Source: a virus (lineage: Duplodnaviria > Caudoviricetes). From it: a stretch of 34,198 bases of DNA. Both the position numbers and the translations under genes were made by a program. Below are positions 17,074 through 25,042 of the stretch, piece by piece. The notes below the pieces were generated by a model. It was not told the DNA's origin. It was given only the letters and a program-made list of their open reading frames with translations, and ran no database searches. The DNA is taken from positions 1 to 34,198 of the IMG/VR virus record IMGVR_UViG_3300043442_001260, one strand, 5' to 3'. The first letter of the stretch is position 1; each line of letters opens with the position of its first letter.

Positions 17074-18124
17074 TTCGGAGTTGGGTGAGGGTTTCAAAAA
17101 TTTGCTGCTTTTTCTCCCGTGTGATCCACCGCTGATAAATTTTGGTATGCACCTCGACAGAATGCCCCATCATCTGAGCGGAAAACTCCACAGGCCACAA
17201 CCATTCTAGGGTACGGATAGCCCAGGCATGGCGAAGATCGTAGGGGTTGAAGGGGGTTCCGGCTCTCTGAAATGCGACAAATACCCGTTGTCCTAATTTC
17301 TGGTTGGGTTGGTTTGGGTTCACGTCTGGCAGGACGGGGCGATCGAGTTGGAACCGCTCGATCCATTCGGGGGGACATGGCCACACTTCTCTGGCTCCGG
17401 TTTTGGTGTGTTGCCCAACTGAAATTCTAGGGAAGTCCAGTTGCAGGTGAAAAATTTCATGGTTTCTCAGTCCGTAGGTGGCCATCATCCCGTAAACCCA
17501 CCGCCACTTTTTAGAGAGAAGCTCATAGGCTTCGAGTATTTGGGCATCGGTGGGGATGGTGCGGCTGCTGAGGGTGGTGTAGCTAGAGTAGGTTCCTTTG
17601 TAGGGTTTTAAGTCTATGGGGATATTCAGGAATTTGGCCAGGGCACTGATAGCCTGATAGGCCCTAACCCTGGTGCGGGTGTTGGGCGGGCTTGCCTTGA
17701 GGAGTTCCAGGAGGCTGTCTGCGGTGGGGGGCTTATCGAGTTTCCGCAGCACTCGTTTGTATTCGGTGTCCCAGGTGCTTTGTTTGCCTCCACGATCGAG
17801 GTAGTCCTGGTGAAATTTCTCTATGGCGGCGGCGGCTTCTGGTTCGGTTGCCTCTGGTTCTTCTGGTTCGGCTGGCCATTCAAATTCTTTACAGTCCAGT
17901 AGTGCTGATATTTTCCGGGCCTCTGCTTCTGCCCGTTTCAGTCCGGCTGGGGTAAACCCTACTCCTAAATATATTCTTTGCTGGTAGGGACGATCGCCTT
18001 TGCCAGGGCGGGGCGGCAGGGTTCCCCGTAGGCACAATTTCTTGCCTTTTACTTCGATCGATACTCGCACTCCCTGAGAGGCTAGGCGATCGTTTATGGT
18101 TTTGAGGGTTTGATGTGGAGTCAT
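17060..18124 (-). CDS. int: Tyrosine integrase, cyanobacterial type
   Basis: N-terminal LRGTLPP.PG...PYQQRI.LG arm domain. Catalytic YGLRNHE, KTG, YDLRH, MGHS, IY. Confidence 0.92.
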   Translation of the reverse strand: MTPHQTLKTINDRLASQGVRVSIEVKGKKLCLRGTLPPRPGKGDRPYQQRIYLGVGFTPAGLKRAEAEARKISALLDCKEFEWPAEPEEPEATEPEAAAAIEKFHQDYLDRGGKQSTWDTEYKRVLRKLDKPPTADSLLELLKASPPNTRTRVRAYQAISALAKFLNIPIDLKPYKGTYSSYTTLSSRTIPTDAQILEAYELLSKKWRWVYGMMATYGLRNHEIFHLQLDFPRISVGQHTKTGAREVWPCPPEWIERFQLDRPVLPDVNPNQPNQKLGQRVFVAFQRAGTPFNPYDLRHAWAIRTLEWLWPVEFSAQMMGHSVEVHTKIYQRWITREKKQQIFETLTQLRNGKV

Positions 18125-18178
18125 GCGTTTACTCCAAAATTAACCCAAAACGACTTCCCTTTCACTTCCTTTCAAACT

Positions 18179-18197
18179 AAAAACCCCCTTGCGGGGG
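18179..18197 (-). terminator. Terminator hairpin in the integrase leader
   Basis: Minus strand ccccc-gcaa-ggggg-ttttt. Confidence 0.7.
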
Positions 18198-18291
18198 CCT
18201 TAGTGGTTGATGGGAAGTCGGAAAAGCGTCCCTAAACAAAAACGATTGCCTCTCCCATCGGAAAAGGCGATCGTTTTTTTTAGGTTTTGTT

Positions 18292-18474
18292 TTAAGGGGT
18301 TGGGTTGGTTGGGGGGGAGACAACACCATTGATTAGTGCAGTCTCCAAAGCGCTCCAGCTTGGCCATCCCGCAGCCTGGGCTATTGCCTGCTTTTGCTGC
18401 CGTCTACGCTGTTGTCGCGTGACAGTGGTATAGTCCACCCGCTTTTTAGCTTTTTTCGTTACCACTCTTACCAC
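18292..18474 (-). CDS. Small basic protein, possibly DNA-binding
   Basis: 60 aa, Arg/Lys-rich, AIAQAAGW.SWSALETAL. Confidence 0.55.
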   Translation of the reverse strand: MVRVVTKKAKKRVDYTTVTRQQRRRQQKQAIAQAAGWPSWSALETALINGVVSPPTNPTP

Positions 18475-18731
18475 TCCAAAACTTGGTTAAAATTTACCCA
18501 GCCGTAAGTATCCTTAAAAGAGTGAACCTCCTCAGAAGCCGCAATGAGGAAAGGTTCAGGCGCTCCGTTTTGAGGCTCAAGCGACACGATCCAACAGTCC
18601 CCAGTGTCATCGGGGCCAGTGAGTTTGAGGTAACCGTGGGGATCCTCTTTGTCAAATCTGAAAATGCAACCTACGCGCAGTTCGCTCAGGTGGGTTTTGG
18701 GTTGCACGAACTTGGGTGCTATTAGCGTCAT
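18468..18731 (-). CDS. Small hypothetical protein
   Basis: 87 aa with leader AAGGAAAACACAC-ATG. Confidence 0.7.
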   Translation of the reverse strand: MTLIAPKFVQPKTHLSELRVGCIFRFDKEDPHGYLKLTGPDDTGDCWIVSLEPQNGAPEPFLIAASEEVHSFKDTYGWVNFNQVLEW

Positions 18732-18742
18732 GTGTGTTTTCC

Positions 18743-19274
18743 TTGAAATTAAATGTTCTATTTACTTGCCGATCGCTTTTAGAAGGAGCATTGCTTTTAG
18801 AAGGAGCGATCGAACCTTGTGAAACCTTAATTGTCGTATTCGGGACGGGATGAGCGATCGAACCGGATCCACTCATTGAGAAAGCGATCGGACAAACCGG
18901 ACATATCATTGATAAACAAGTCTTCTGCAACACGACGATCGCAGTCGTTTACCGACATCCAAAACTCTCGCTGAGTCAGCAAATCCTGAAAGCACCACGG
19001 CAGTGCAGAGCAAAACCCCTGTAGATAATAGTGAGCGTGGGCAGCCGTGAGGTCGTAGCATTTTGAGACTATCCCAGAAAGGAGTTCGTTAGCCCGCTCT
19101 GCCATTTTGTCAGACAAGATCTCTGTAGATGCCTCAAGCCGCTTAATGTCAGAATGGAGCCATTCTAGTAATTGAGTGTTCGCCAACGTGGTGGTGTTCA
19201 TGTGTTTTTCTCGGTGAGTTTGAAATTAAATGTTGCCGATCGCTTTTAGAAGGAGCGATCGAACCTTGTGAAAC
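18743..19274. repeat. Two copies of an intergenic element (18743-18825 and 19220-19274) flanking one gene
   Basis: ttgaaattaaatgtt...gccgatcgcttttagaaggagcgatcgaaccttgtgaaac; the first copy has an internal duplication of gcttttagaaggagc. Confidence 0.9.
18827..19201 (-). CDS. Small hypothetical protein
   Basis: 124 aa with GAAAAACAC-ATG leader. Confidence 0.7.
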   Translation of the reverse strand: MNTTTLANTQLLEWLHSDIKRLEASTEILSDKMAERANELLSGIVSKCYDLTAAHAHYYLQGFCSALPWCFQDLLTQREFWMSVNDCDRRVAEDLFINDMSGLSDRFLNEWIRFDRSSRPEYDN

Positions 19275-19564
19275 TATTCACCGGCTTGGAGCTTTTCTAT
19301 TAATCCGTCCCTGTCGAAAGGGCGATCGTTCTGCCAATCGGAGAGAACCTCTAAGAGTTTGGGCACTCTCCAAAAGGATGCTGCACCTCCCATCTCTTTT
19401 GACGGGTGGAGCCATACGGATCCTCCATTTCCCGTTCCTGCCGTGGAGACATCAAAATAGTGCAAAGCCCGATCGCCGCAGAACGTATTGCGTGTTAACT
19501 GAAAAGGACTTAGTGCATCTTCTACACGCCGAGCGATCTCGACGTGAGGATTAGAGGTGTTCAT
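19274..19564 (-). CDS. Small hypothetical protein
   Basis: 96 aa with GAAAAACAC-ATG leader, first gene behind an operator promoter. Confidence 0.7.
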   Translation of the reverse strand: MNTSNPHVEIARRVEDALSPFQLTRNTFCGDRALHYFDVSTAGTGNGGSVWLHPSKEMGGAASFWRVPKLLEVLSDWQNDRPFDRDGLIEKLQAGE

Positions 19565-19599
19565 GTGTTTTTCCTTGGTGAATTAATTTCGTAACTTCC

Positions 19600-19637
19600 G
19601 TAATACTAAGTCGTTACCTAACGTACTGTCAATACAT
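19600..19637 (-). promoter_or_regulatory. Promoter with operator palindrome
   Basis: ATGTA-TTGACA-gta-CGTTAggTAACG (19612-19623)-act-TAGTAT. Confidence 0.8.
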
Positions 19638-19858
19638 CAGGCAAAACTTTTTTCTAGCGCCAGTCCCTCCTGTTCCGATCGCTCTAGGTATTGGAGTACA
19701 GAAACCTCACACCAGCGGTAGGTAAGGCGGGCGGCATCGGGATTTAGGGGGCGGTACTGAAAGCGGTGCTTATTCTTGAGGAGCCAACTCTGGGACACTG
19801 CCAGACGATCGGCCGCCTGTTGGGTGGTTAACCAGGCTGTGTTTTTCCGTTTATTCAT
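19637..19858 (-). CDS. Excisionase-like HTH protein
   Basis: WLTTQQAADRLAVSQSWL...YRW....V..YL, near the integrase. Confidence 0.65.
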   Translation of the reverse strand: MNKRKNTAWLTTQQAADRLAVSQSWLLKNKHRFQYRPLNPDAARLTYRWCEVSVLQYLERSEQEGLALEKSFA

Positions 19859-19952
19859 GGGTAGTTCATCGGTTACAATGGGGTATGGTTACCAAGAGGG
19901 TAACTAACTGGTTGATGGGAAGAAAGCGGTGAAGTCCTCCGGCTGATCCGCT

Positions 19953-20234
19953 TCAGTGAATATCGGGGGCATGGCGGGTAAAAAGGGGTTTACGGTTCAG
20001 AGTTAGTACCCGTGTTTTCCTGACAAAGCGGTGGGGATCCGCTGAGAGGATCGTTTTGGCCATATCGCAGGCCTCCTGTAGATCTCCCCAAAAATTGAGG
20101 TGCTGCACCACACCGTCAGTGCGACAAACCTCCACTAAATAGGACGGCTCAGTTCCGCCAGTATCGTTTACCAATGACATATTGAGGCTATTGGTTTTAC
20201 CGGCAAAGGGCTTGTGTTCAGTATTAGGGTTCAT
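19953..20234 (-). CDS. Hypothetical protein
   Basis: 93 aa, 2 nt after the upstream stop in the leftward operon. Confidence 0.6.
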   Translation of the reverse strand: MNPNTEHKPFAGKTNSLNMSLVNDTGGTEPSYLVEVCRTDGVVQHLNFWGDLQEACDMAKTILSADPHRFVRKTRVLTLNRKPLFTRHAPDIH

Positions 20235-20236
20235 TT

Positions 20237-20503
20237 TTAACTCCAGTTATTCAACGGTTTCCATTCGTGGCGGCGGTGCTTTTCAGCAGGGTAGAGGCAG
20301 TCAACACTCCAACCTATAGGCAATAGTTTCAGTAGTTCAGAGAGGGAGTAGTCCCAGCTATTTTGGGCATCGGCCCGCAGCGGAACCTTAACCACGATCG
20401 TTTGTTCCATGTCTCCCCGGAATAAAACAACCTTGAGGGGCGGGGTAGTGGCAACGATCGGTTTTGGAGGGGACAGAGTGGTGGTGGTACGATCTTCAAA
20501 CAT
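20237..20503 (-). CDS. Hypothetical protein
   Basis: 88 aa with GGAAAAACACA-ATG leader. Confidence 0.65.
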   Translation of the reverse strand: MFEDRTTTTLSPPKPIVATTPPLKVVLFRGDMEQTIVVKVPLRADAQNSWDYSLSELLKLLPIGWSVDCLYPAEKHRRHEWKPLNNWS

Positions 20504-20528
20504 TGTGTTTTTCCTGAAAAAGTAATTG

Positions 20529-20699
20529 TTAATTCAACTGGTATTTGTCGGTAAAGCCTATGCAGCGGTTGGGAAACCTACCAGAAATTTCACCAGTCCA
20601 GGGGCTGCTAGGGTTTTGGCAGAGGCGGATCCAACGATCGTCTAGATCGAAGTCCCGTTGGTAGTACAGACATTCACAGCAGTTAGAAACTGAAAGCAT
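20529..20699 (-). CDS. 56-aa Cys-rich protein (not in ORF track)
   Basis: MLSVSNCCECLYYQRDFDLDDRWIRLCQNPSSPWTGEISGRFPNRCIGFTDKYQLN*. AAGGAG RBS overlapping the upstream stop; fills the gap exactly. Confidence 0.75.
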   Translation of the reverse strand: MLSVSNCCECLYYQRDFDLDDRWIRLCQNPSSPWTGEISGRFPNRCIGFTDKYQLN

Positions 20700-20708
20700 T
20701 TTGACTCC

Positions 20709-21098
20709 TTAACTTTTTACCAATACGATCGTCCCCGCCTTTAGTTTGAACCGTTCGATCGCATTCAAACACTCGGTACAGGTAACCTGCTGTCCATCTT
20801 CGTGATAACGATCGAAGGCTTTTTTGCCCTGTTTCCTACCACAGAGGACATCTCCTTTCTTTCTGGTGACCATCGTTAGTTTAATGTCGTGGTCTGCCTG
20901 GGCATGGATTACCGAATTTGACTGCCCTGTCCAACCCATCCTAGAAGTAGGGGAATGTGCAGCAAATAGAACAGGACGATAATCGGCGGGTAAATATTCT
21001 CTCTTTTCAAAAGAGGTGTCCACACGATCGTCTACGACATAGAGTGATGTTTCTACATCAGACATTAACTCTTCAAAACAGTCGTTCAAAGCGCCCAT
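20709..21098 (-). CDS. Hypothetical protein with a putative Zn ligand set (H, C, CxxC)
   Basis: ATG at 21098 after TAAGGAGTCAAAT. VIH...LCG...VTCTEC. Confidence 0.65.
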   Translation of the reverse strand: MGALNDCFEELMSDVETSLYVVDDRVDTSFEKREYLPADYRPVLFAAHSPTSRMGWTGQSNSVIHAQADHDIKLTMVTRKKGDVLCGRKQGKKAFDRYHEDGQQVTCTECLNAIERFKLKAGTIVLVKS

Positions 21099-21108
21099 AT
21101 TTGACTCC

Positions 21109-22377
21109 TTAAAAACTAGCTTTTGGGAGGGCGGTATAAAGGCATTTGCCAATATCGGTTAGCAATTTGACAGAGCCAGAACCCTGTCCATGTCGGTTTT
21201 TGAGGGTGATAACCTCGGTAATGTTGCGATCGATCGTCTCCTTGTTGTAATGCTCATCGCGGTAGAGCCCCACCATTAGATCTGCCTCCTGTTCAATGTT
21301 GGAAAACTGACGCACATCGGAGGCATTAGGCCGCTTGTTTTCCCGGCTCTCTACACCACGGTTCAGTTGGCAGAGCAACAGCACGGGAATATTGAGTTGT
21401 CTGGCCAAGTTCTTAAAATTCCGCACCGCTTTGTTTGCAGCGTCCACAGTGGCGGGATCGGAACCGGGGAAAATGCGGTGAAAGTGATCGATCACAAGGC
21501 ACCCTAAATTCACCTGGGTACTCAGGGCGATCGTTCTGCCAATGATCGCGTCAGCAGTGAGAGAGCGATCGTCAATATAGAGCGGCTTTTCCTGAATTGA
21601 CTGCCGAACACTGGCAATTTGCGGATCGTTGGCACAACCCCGGTGGCGGATCTCCTGGTAGTCAGTCCTGAGCATGATCCCCATCCAACGGTGCAGGACT
21701 TCCTCTGCCGACATTTCCACCGAAGCAAACGCAACGGCAGAGCCACGGTGAGCCATCCCCAGACTGAGCCAACAGGCAAAGGCAGACTTCCCCATTCCGG
21801 GCCGTCCACAGATCGGGATCAGGTTCCCCCTGGCAAACCCACCACCCCAGTGGTTATCGAGATCAGGGATACCCGTAGAAATTGACTCAACATGAGACGT
21901 GGCCTTATCAAAATATTCAGAGGCGTGGAGGAACCCAGACTGCTCTGGGAGTTGTTCAAACAGTTTGCTAAATTCCGCCTGAACCTGTTGTTTCCAGTCT
22001 GAATTTTTAGTGTCTGCGGCTTTATTCAAGAGTGCAGGCCCGTACTCCTGAACGTGACGACGAACCGCCTTATCCAGGATCAGTTCCATATAGTCAGCAT
22101 GAGCGTAGCTTCCGATCGTTGTGTCCATGATCGAAACGATCGTTGTACCAACATCCTGATACCCCAGATCTGAACAAGCAGCCCGAACTGAAGTTAGGTT
22201 AACACTTTTTCCTTCTCGAACTAAAACTAAAATTGCCTCCCAAATTCGGGAATGTTCCCGCAGGTAAAACACGCTAGGAGGAACGCTTAAATACAGGGGT
22301 GGCACTAAAGGATCAAGGAGTGCTGCACCTAAAAATGCGGCTTCAATTTCCAATGAGGCAATAACTTTGTCTTCCAT
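21109..22377 (-). CDS. dnaB: Replicative DNA helicase
   Basis: E.A.LGA.L, FY...H..IW, STGIPDLD, GRPGMGKS, SVEMS, CQLNR, RP..SD.R....IEQEAD, KNRHG. Confidence 0.95.
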   Translation of the reverse strand: MEDKVIASLEIEAAFLGAALLDPLVPPLYLSVPPSVFYLREHSRIWEAILVLVREGKSVNLTSVRAACSDLGYQDVGTTIVSIMDTTIGSYAHADYMELILDKAVRRHVQEYGPALLNKAADTKNSDWKQQVQAEFSKLFEQLPEQSGFLHASEYFDKATSHVESISTGIPDLDNHWGGGFARGNLIPICGRPGMGKSAFACWLSLGMAHRGSAVAFASVEMSAEEVLHRWMGIMLRTDYQEIRHRGCANDPQIASVRQSIQEKPLYIDDRSLTADAIIGRTIALSTQVNLGCLVIDHFHRIFPGSDPATVDAANKAVRNFKNLARQLNIPVLLLCQLNRGVESRENKRPNASDVRQFSNIEQEADLMVGLYRDEHYNKETIDRNITEVITLKNRHGQGSGSVKLLTDIGKCLYTALPKASF

Positions 22378-22395
22378 TTTTGAACCTGCTTGAAA

Positions 22396-23505
22396 TTACA
22401 AAAAATTTTCAAATTGAACATGGTTAAAATTGTTAGGAACTGGAACGGCATGGACAACCGGATCAGGCTTGCTGGCCTCATCCCACACATCCAGGAGCGG
22501 TAACCGCTCGGCATTGAACACCTGGGACGGGCTCAACTTCTGCTTGAACCAGCCGCCCGATCGCTGTGCTGCCTGAACGAGGAGCGGGAAAAATTCAAAA
22601 AATTCCTCGTCTGTCCCGACGAACCGGGTTCGATAGGCTGAAATGCCTTGAACGATCGCGGGTGCAGGGGCTACAGACAGCGGTTTCCAGTTCCCGCAGG
22701 AGCGGTTATAAACCTCTAAAAATTTGCCCAACGGGACGATCGCCCCGAAATTGCCCCTTAAAACGCCGTTAACCGGCTGAATATCGTTTGACACCTGAAT
22801 TTGTTTTTCAGCGGAAATTGAGGCGGTTTCGGAGGGGCTGGGCGAAAAAACGGCGGGGGCGGCGGAAAAAATTTGCGGCGGCACGGCGGGGAGATCTAGA
22901 TCTTCCGGTTCCACTCCAGTCTGGTTTGAGTTGACAGGGTAGGAGTTTGCCAGCTCGGGCTCTGTGTCTGTGAGGGTATCTGTGATTTCAAACTCGATCG
23001 TGTGTGTGCTGTTGTCCGTTGTCGAATTTTTTCGCGCTTCACACACACTGGGATCTAGTTCATTGGGATCTAGTTCATTGGGATCTAGTTCGTGGGTCAA
23101 ATTTGATCCAGGTACCTGGGTTAAATTTGATCCACCTACCTGGGTTAAATTTGATCCAGGTGCCCGTCTACCCGGATCATTTTTAACCTGGGTCAAATTT
23201 GATCCGGGTAGCTTCCACTTTGGGGGCTCGGTTACCTGATATATCGAGGTTTTACCGCTCCTGCTACACCGAACAACCATGCCAGCAGACAACAGGAACG
23301 ATAGCGATCGTTTTAGGGTTCCGGTAGAAAGTCCGCAGTCTTCGGCCATACGATCGATCGACTGCCAGCACTTGCCTTCATGTCCGGACCTTTTGACGAT
23401 ATGCAGATAGACAAAAGCTGCTGTTGGGTTCCCCTTGAAAATTTCCAAGGCTTCCAGATGTATCCAGATAAATGGAGTGGTTCTAGTATCTGTTAGTTTT
23501 GTCAT
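22396..23505 (-). CDS. Replication initiator (lambda O-like) with N-terminal winged helix
   Basis: CWQSIDRMAEDCGLSTGTLKRSL..L...G, internal DNA repeats, directly upstream of dnaB. Confidence 0.8.
   Translation of the reverse strand: MTKLTDTRTTPFIWIHLEALEIFKGNPTAAFVYLHIVKRSGHEGKCWQSIDRMAEDCGLSTGTLKRSLSFLLSAGMVVRCSRSGKTSIYQVTEPPKWKLPGSNLTQVKNDPGRRAPGSNLTQVGGSNLTQVPGSNLTHELDPNELDPNELDPSVCEARKNSTTDNSTHTIEFEITDTLTDTEPELANSYPVNSNQTGVEPEDLDLPAVPPQIFSAAPAVFSPSPSETASISAEKQIQVSNDIQPVNGVLRGNFGAIVPLGKFLEVYNRSCGNWKPLSVAPAPAIVQGISAYRTRFVGTDEEFFEFFPLLVQAAQRSGGWFKQKLSPSQVFNAERLPLLDVWDEASKPDPVVHAVPVPNNFNHVQFENFL
23049..23208. repeat. Iterons / probable phage origin of replication
   Basis: 3x 15-bp tgggatctagttca (23049, 23064, 23079). 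4x tgggtYaaatttgatcc (23093, 23117, 23141, 23189) on a 24-bp register, plus one inverted copy near 23173. Confidence 0.85.
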
Positions 23506-23576
23506 GGTATAATTTACCTGTGTAATTCACCCGTGAGTGTAATTCCATCAATTGTGTGGGTTAGTCATTGCGTCCT

Positions 23577-23602
23577 GGGGCCTGAACGGCCCCTTTTTTT
23601 TT
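23577..23602. terminator. Hairpin with T-run between bet and the initiator gene
   Basis: ggggcc-tgaac-ggcccc-ttttttttt. The U-tract is on the + strand. Confidence 0.6.
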
Positions 23603-23607
23603 GACTG

Positions 23608-24387
23608 TTACGCAACGGGAGCCGGAACTGACATTTGCTCGATCGCTTTGAGGATATTTGGAAACTCCGAAGCGGGAACCTGAGAGGTGCGATCGGTTCC
23701 ATAGGCTTGCTGCAACCAGTGAACATAGGTGTTAGTTGACACCCCTCTTTCAGTCATCGTTGAACGAATAACTCGGTACTGCTGATCGTTGATAAAGTGG
23801 CTGTCAATAATTTCACCCTCTTCAACGATCGGATCGCCTTCGATCGCAACACTTGACTGAATTTGTTGAACTTGCGGGAACGCTTTTCGCAGTGCATGGG
23901 CTTCAGCACGAATGCTGAGCATATGCAAAGGCATTTCTCCCCAAATGGGGTTTTTCTGTGCAGTCTTGGCGTAGTCGCTCCACCGCACCACGGCGGTAAA
24001 CGGGCACCGCACCCCCTGGACGATCTTATAGACGGTGACTTTGCACAGTGTGGGAGCCTTACGGCCCGTTTGTTCAAAGGCAAAACCGTCCAACCCCTCA
24101 TCGAAAAGGGGTTCATCTGAACCAGCGTACTGGCCAGAACGATCGGCAATGGCCCGAAGTCCGTCGATACTGATCTGGAAAGTCCATTTACCAGCCCGCT
24201 CGATCGCGTAGATCTGCTTTGAGAAGGGGTCTAAACCGGCCCGCTGACAGATGAGTCCAAATAACGCGAGATCATTGTCAGAGGGTTCAGTTTTCCCACT
24301 CATAATGGTTTTCTTTATGAGTCGGGTTTGCTCCTGAGTGAATAACCCGATCTGTCCTACTTCCGGCGCTTTTACTAGGTTTGTCAT
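23608..24387 (-). CDS. bet: Single-strand annealing recombinase, Bet/RecT family
   Basis: LF..IC.R.GLDPFSKQIY, Q.SIDGLR.IA.RSGQYAG, W..MP.HML...AEAHALRKAFP. Confidence 0.9.
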   Translation of the reverse strand: MTNLVKAPEVGQIGLFTQEQTRLIKKTIMSGKTEPSDNDLALFGLICQRAGLDPFSKQIYAIERAGKWTFQISIDGLRAIADRSGQYAGSDEPLFDEGLDGFAFEQTGRKAPTLCKVTVYKIVQGVRCPFTAVVRWSDYAKTAQKNPIWGEMPLHMLSIRAEAHALRKAFPQVQQIQSSVAIEGDPIVEEGEIIDSHFINDQQYRVIRSTMTERGVSTNTYVHWLQQAYGTDRTSQVPASEFPNILKAIEQMSVPAPVA

Positions 24388-24520
24388 GTTTTTTTGAGTG
24401 AATAGAAAACTAGCGTTCATGTCAATACATTAACGCTTAGGTTATACCATGTCAATACATGGCATAGCTTATTCACTTCATGGGTCTGGTAGGGTCTGGC
24501 TGTTGAGGTGTTTAACTATC

Positions 24521-25039
24521 TTACCGCCTAGGGAAAAACTCAATTGAGTGATCCTTGACCGCGTTGATAGCTTGCTGAAACAACGGAAAATGGGAGTATT
24601 CACTGTATTCACTTACAATTAGCTCTGACTCCTTGTTTCTCCAAAACGATCGCCAAGCCTCAATACCTTCCTTTACTGTCATGCTTTTTGATGGCGTTAC
24701 CCATTTCGGGTTGGAGCAATGCCAGTATTCAGTAATTAAGCATTCTGAACCTTTAATTAATTGGTTGCTAGGGAGATCAAAAACTGCGACAAAGCCAAAA
24801 ATTTTTTTATTTTTGTCTATAGCCAGGGCTTTCAACAATGAACTGAGCGCCAAACGTTGCCCATAGGGAAGGTCGTTATTAAGAGATTTAAACTCTCCCA
24901 CAACAAATTCCTTGCTCCCAAACTCCACAAAAAAGTCAACATCTGTGGGTGAGATCTTTCTTTCAAAGTCAAAGCCTGACAGGTCAATTAACTTGGCTTG
25001 TCTATATCGTTCAATGTTGTAAATTTTCCCTGGCTGCAT
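24521..25039 (-). CDS. Hypothetical protein, possible PD-(D/E)xK fold
   Basis: PTDVD...E......GEFK......YGQ pattern. Confidence 0.5.
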   Translation of the reverse strand: MQPGKIYNIERYRQAKLIDLSGFDFERKISPTDVDFFVEFGSKEFVVGEFKSLNNDLPYGQRLALSSLLKALAIDKNKKIFGFVAVFDLPSNQLIKGSECLITEYWHCSNPKWVTPSKSMTVKEGIEAWRSFWRNKESELIVSEYSEYSHFPLFQQAINAVKDHSIEFFPRR

Positions 25040-25042
25040 ATC

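Noticed and set aside
8118-22377. dnaN, thyX and dnaB as host chromosome sequence
   Set aside because: Each is embedded in phage operons, tightly coupled to its neighbours, and lacks its usual chromosomal neighbours.
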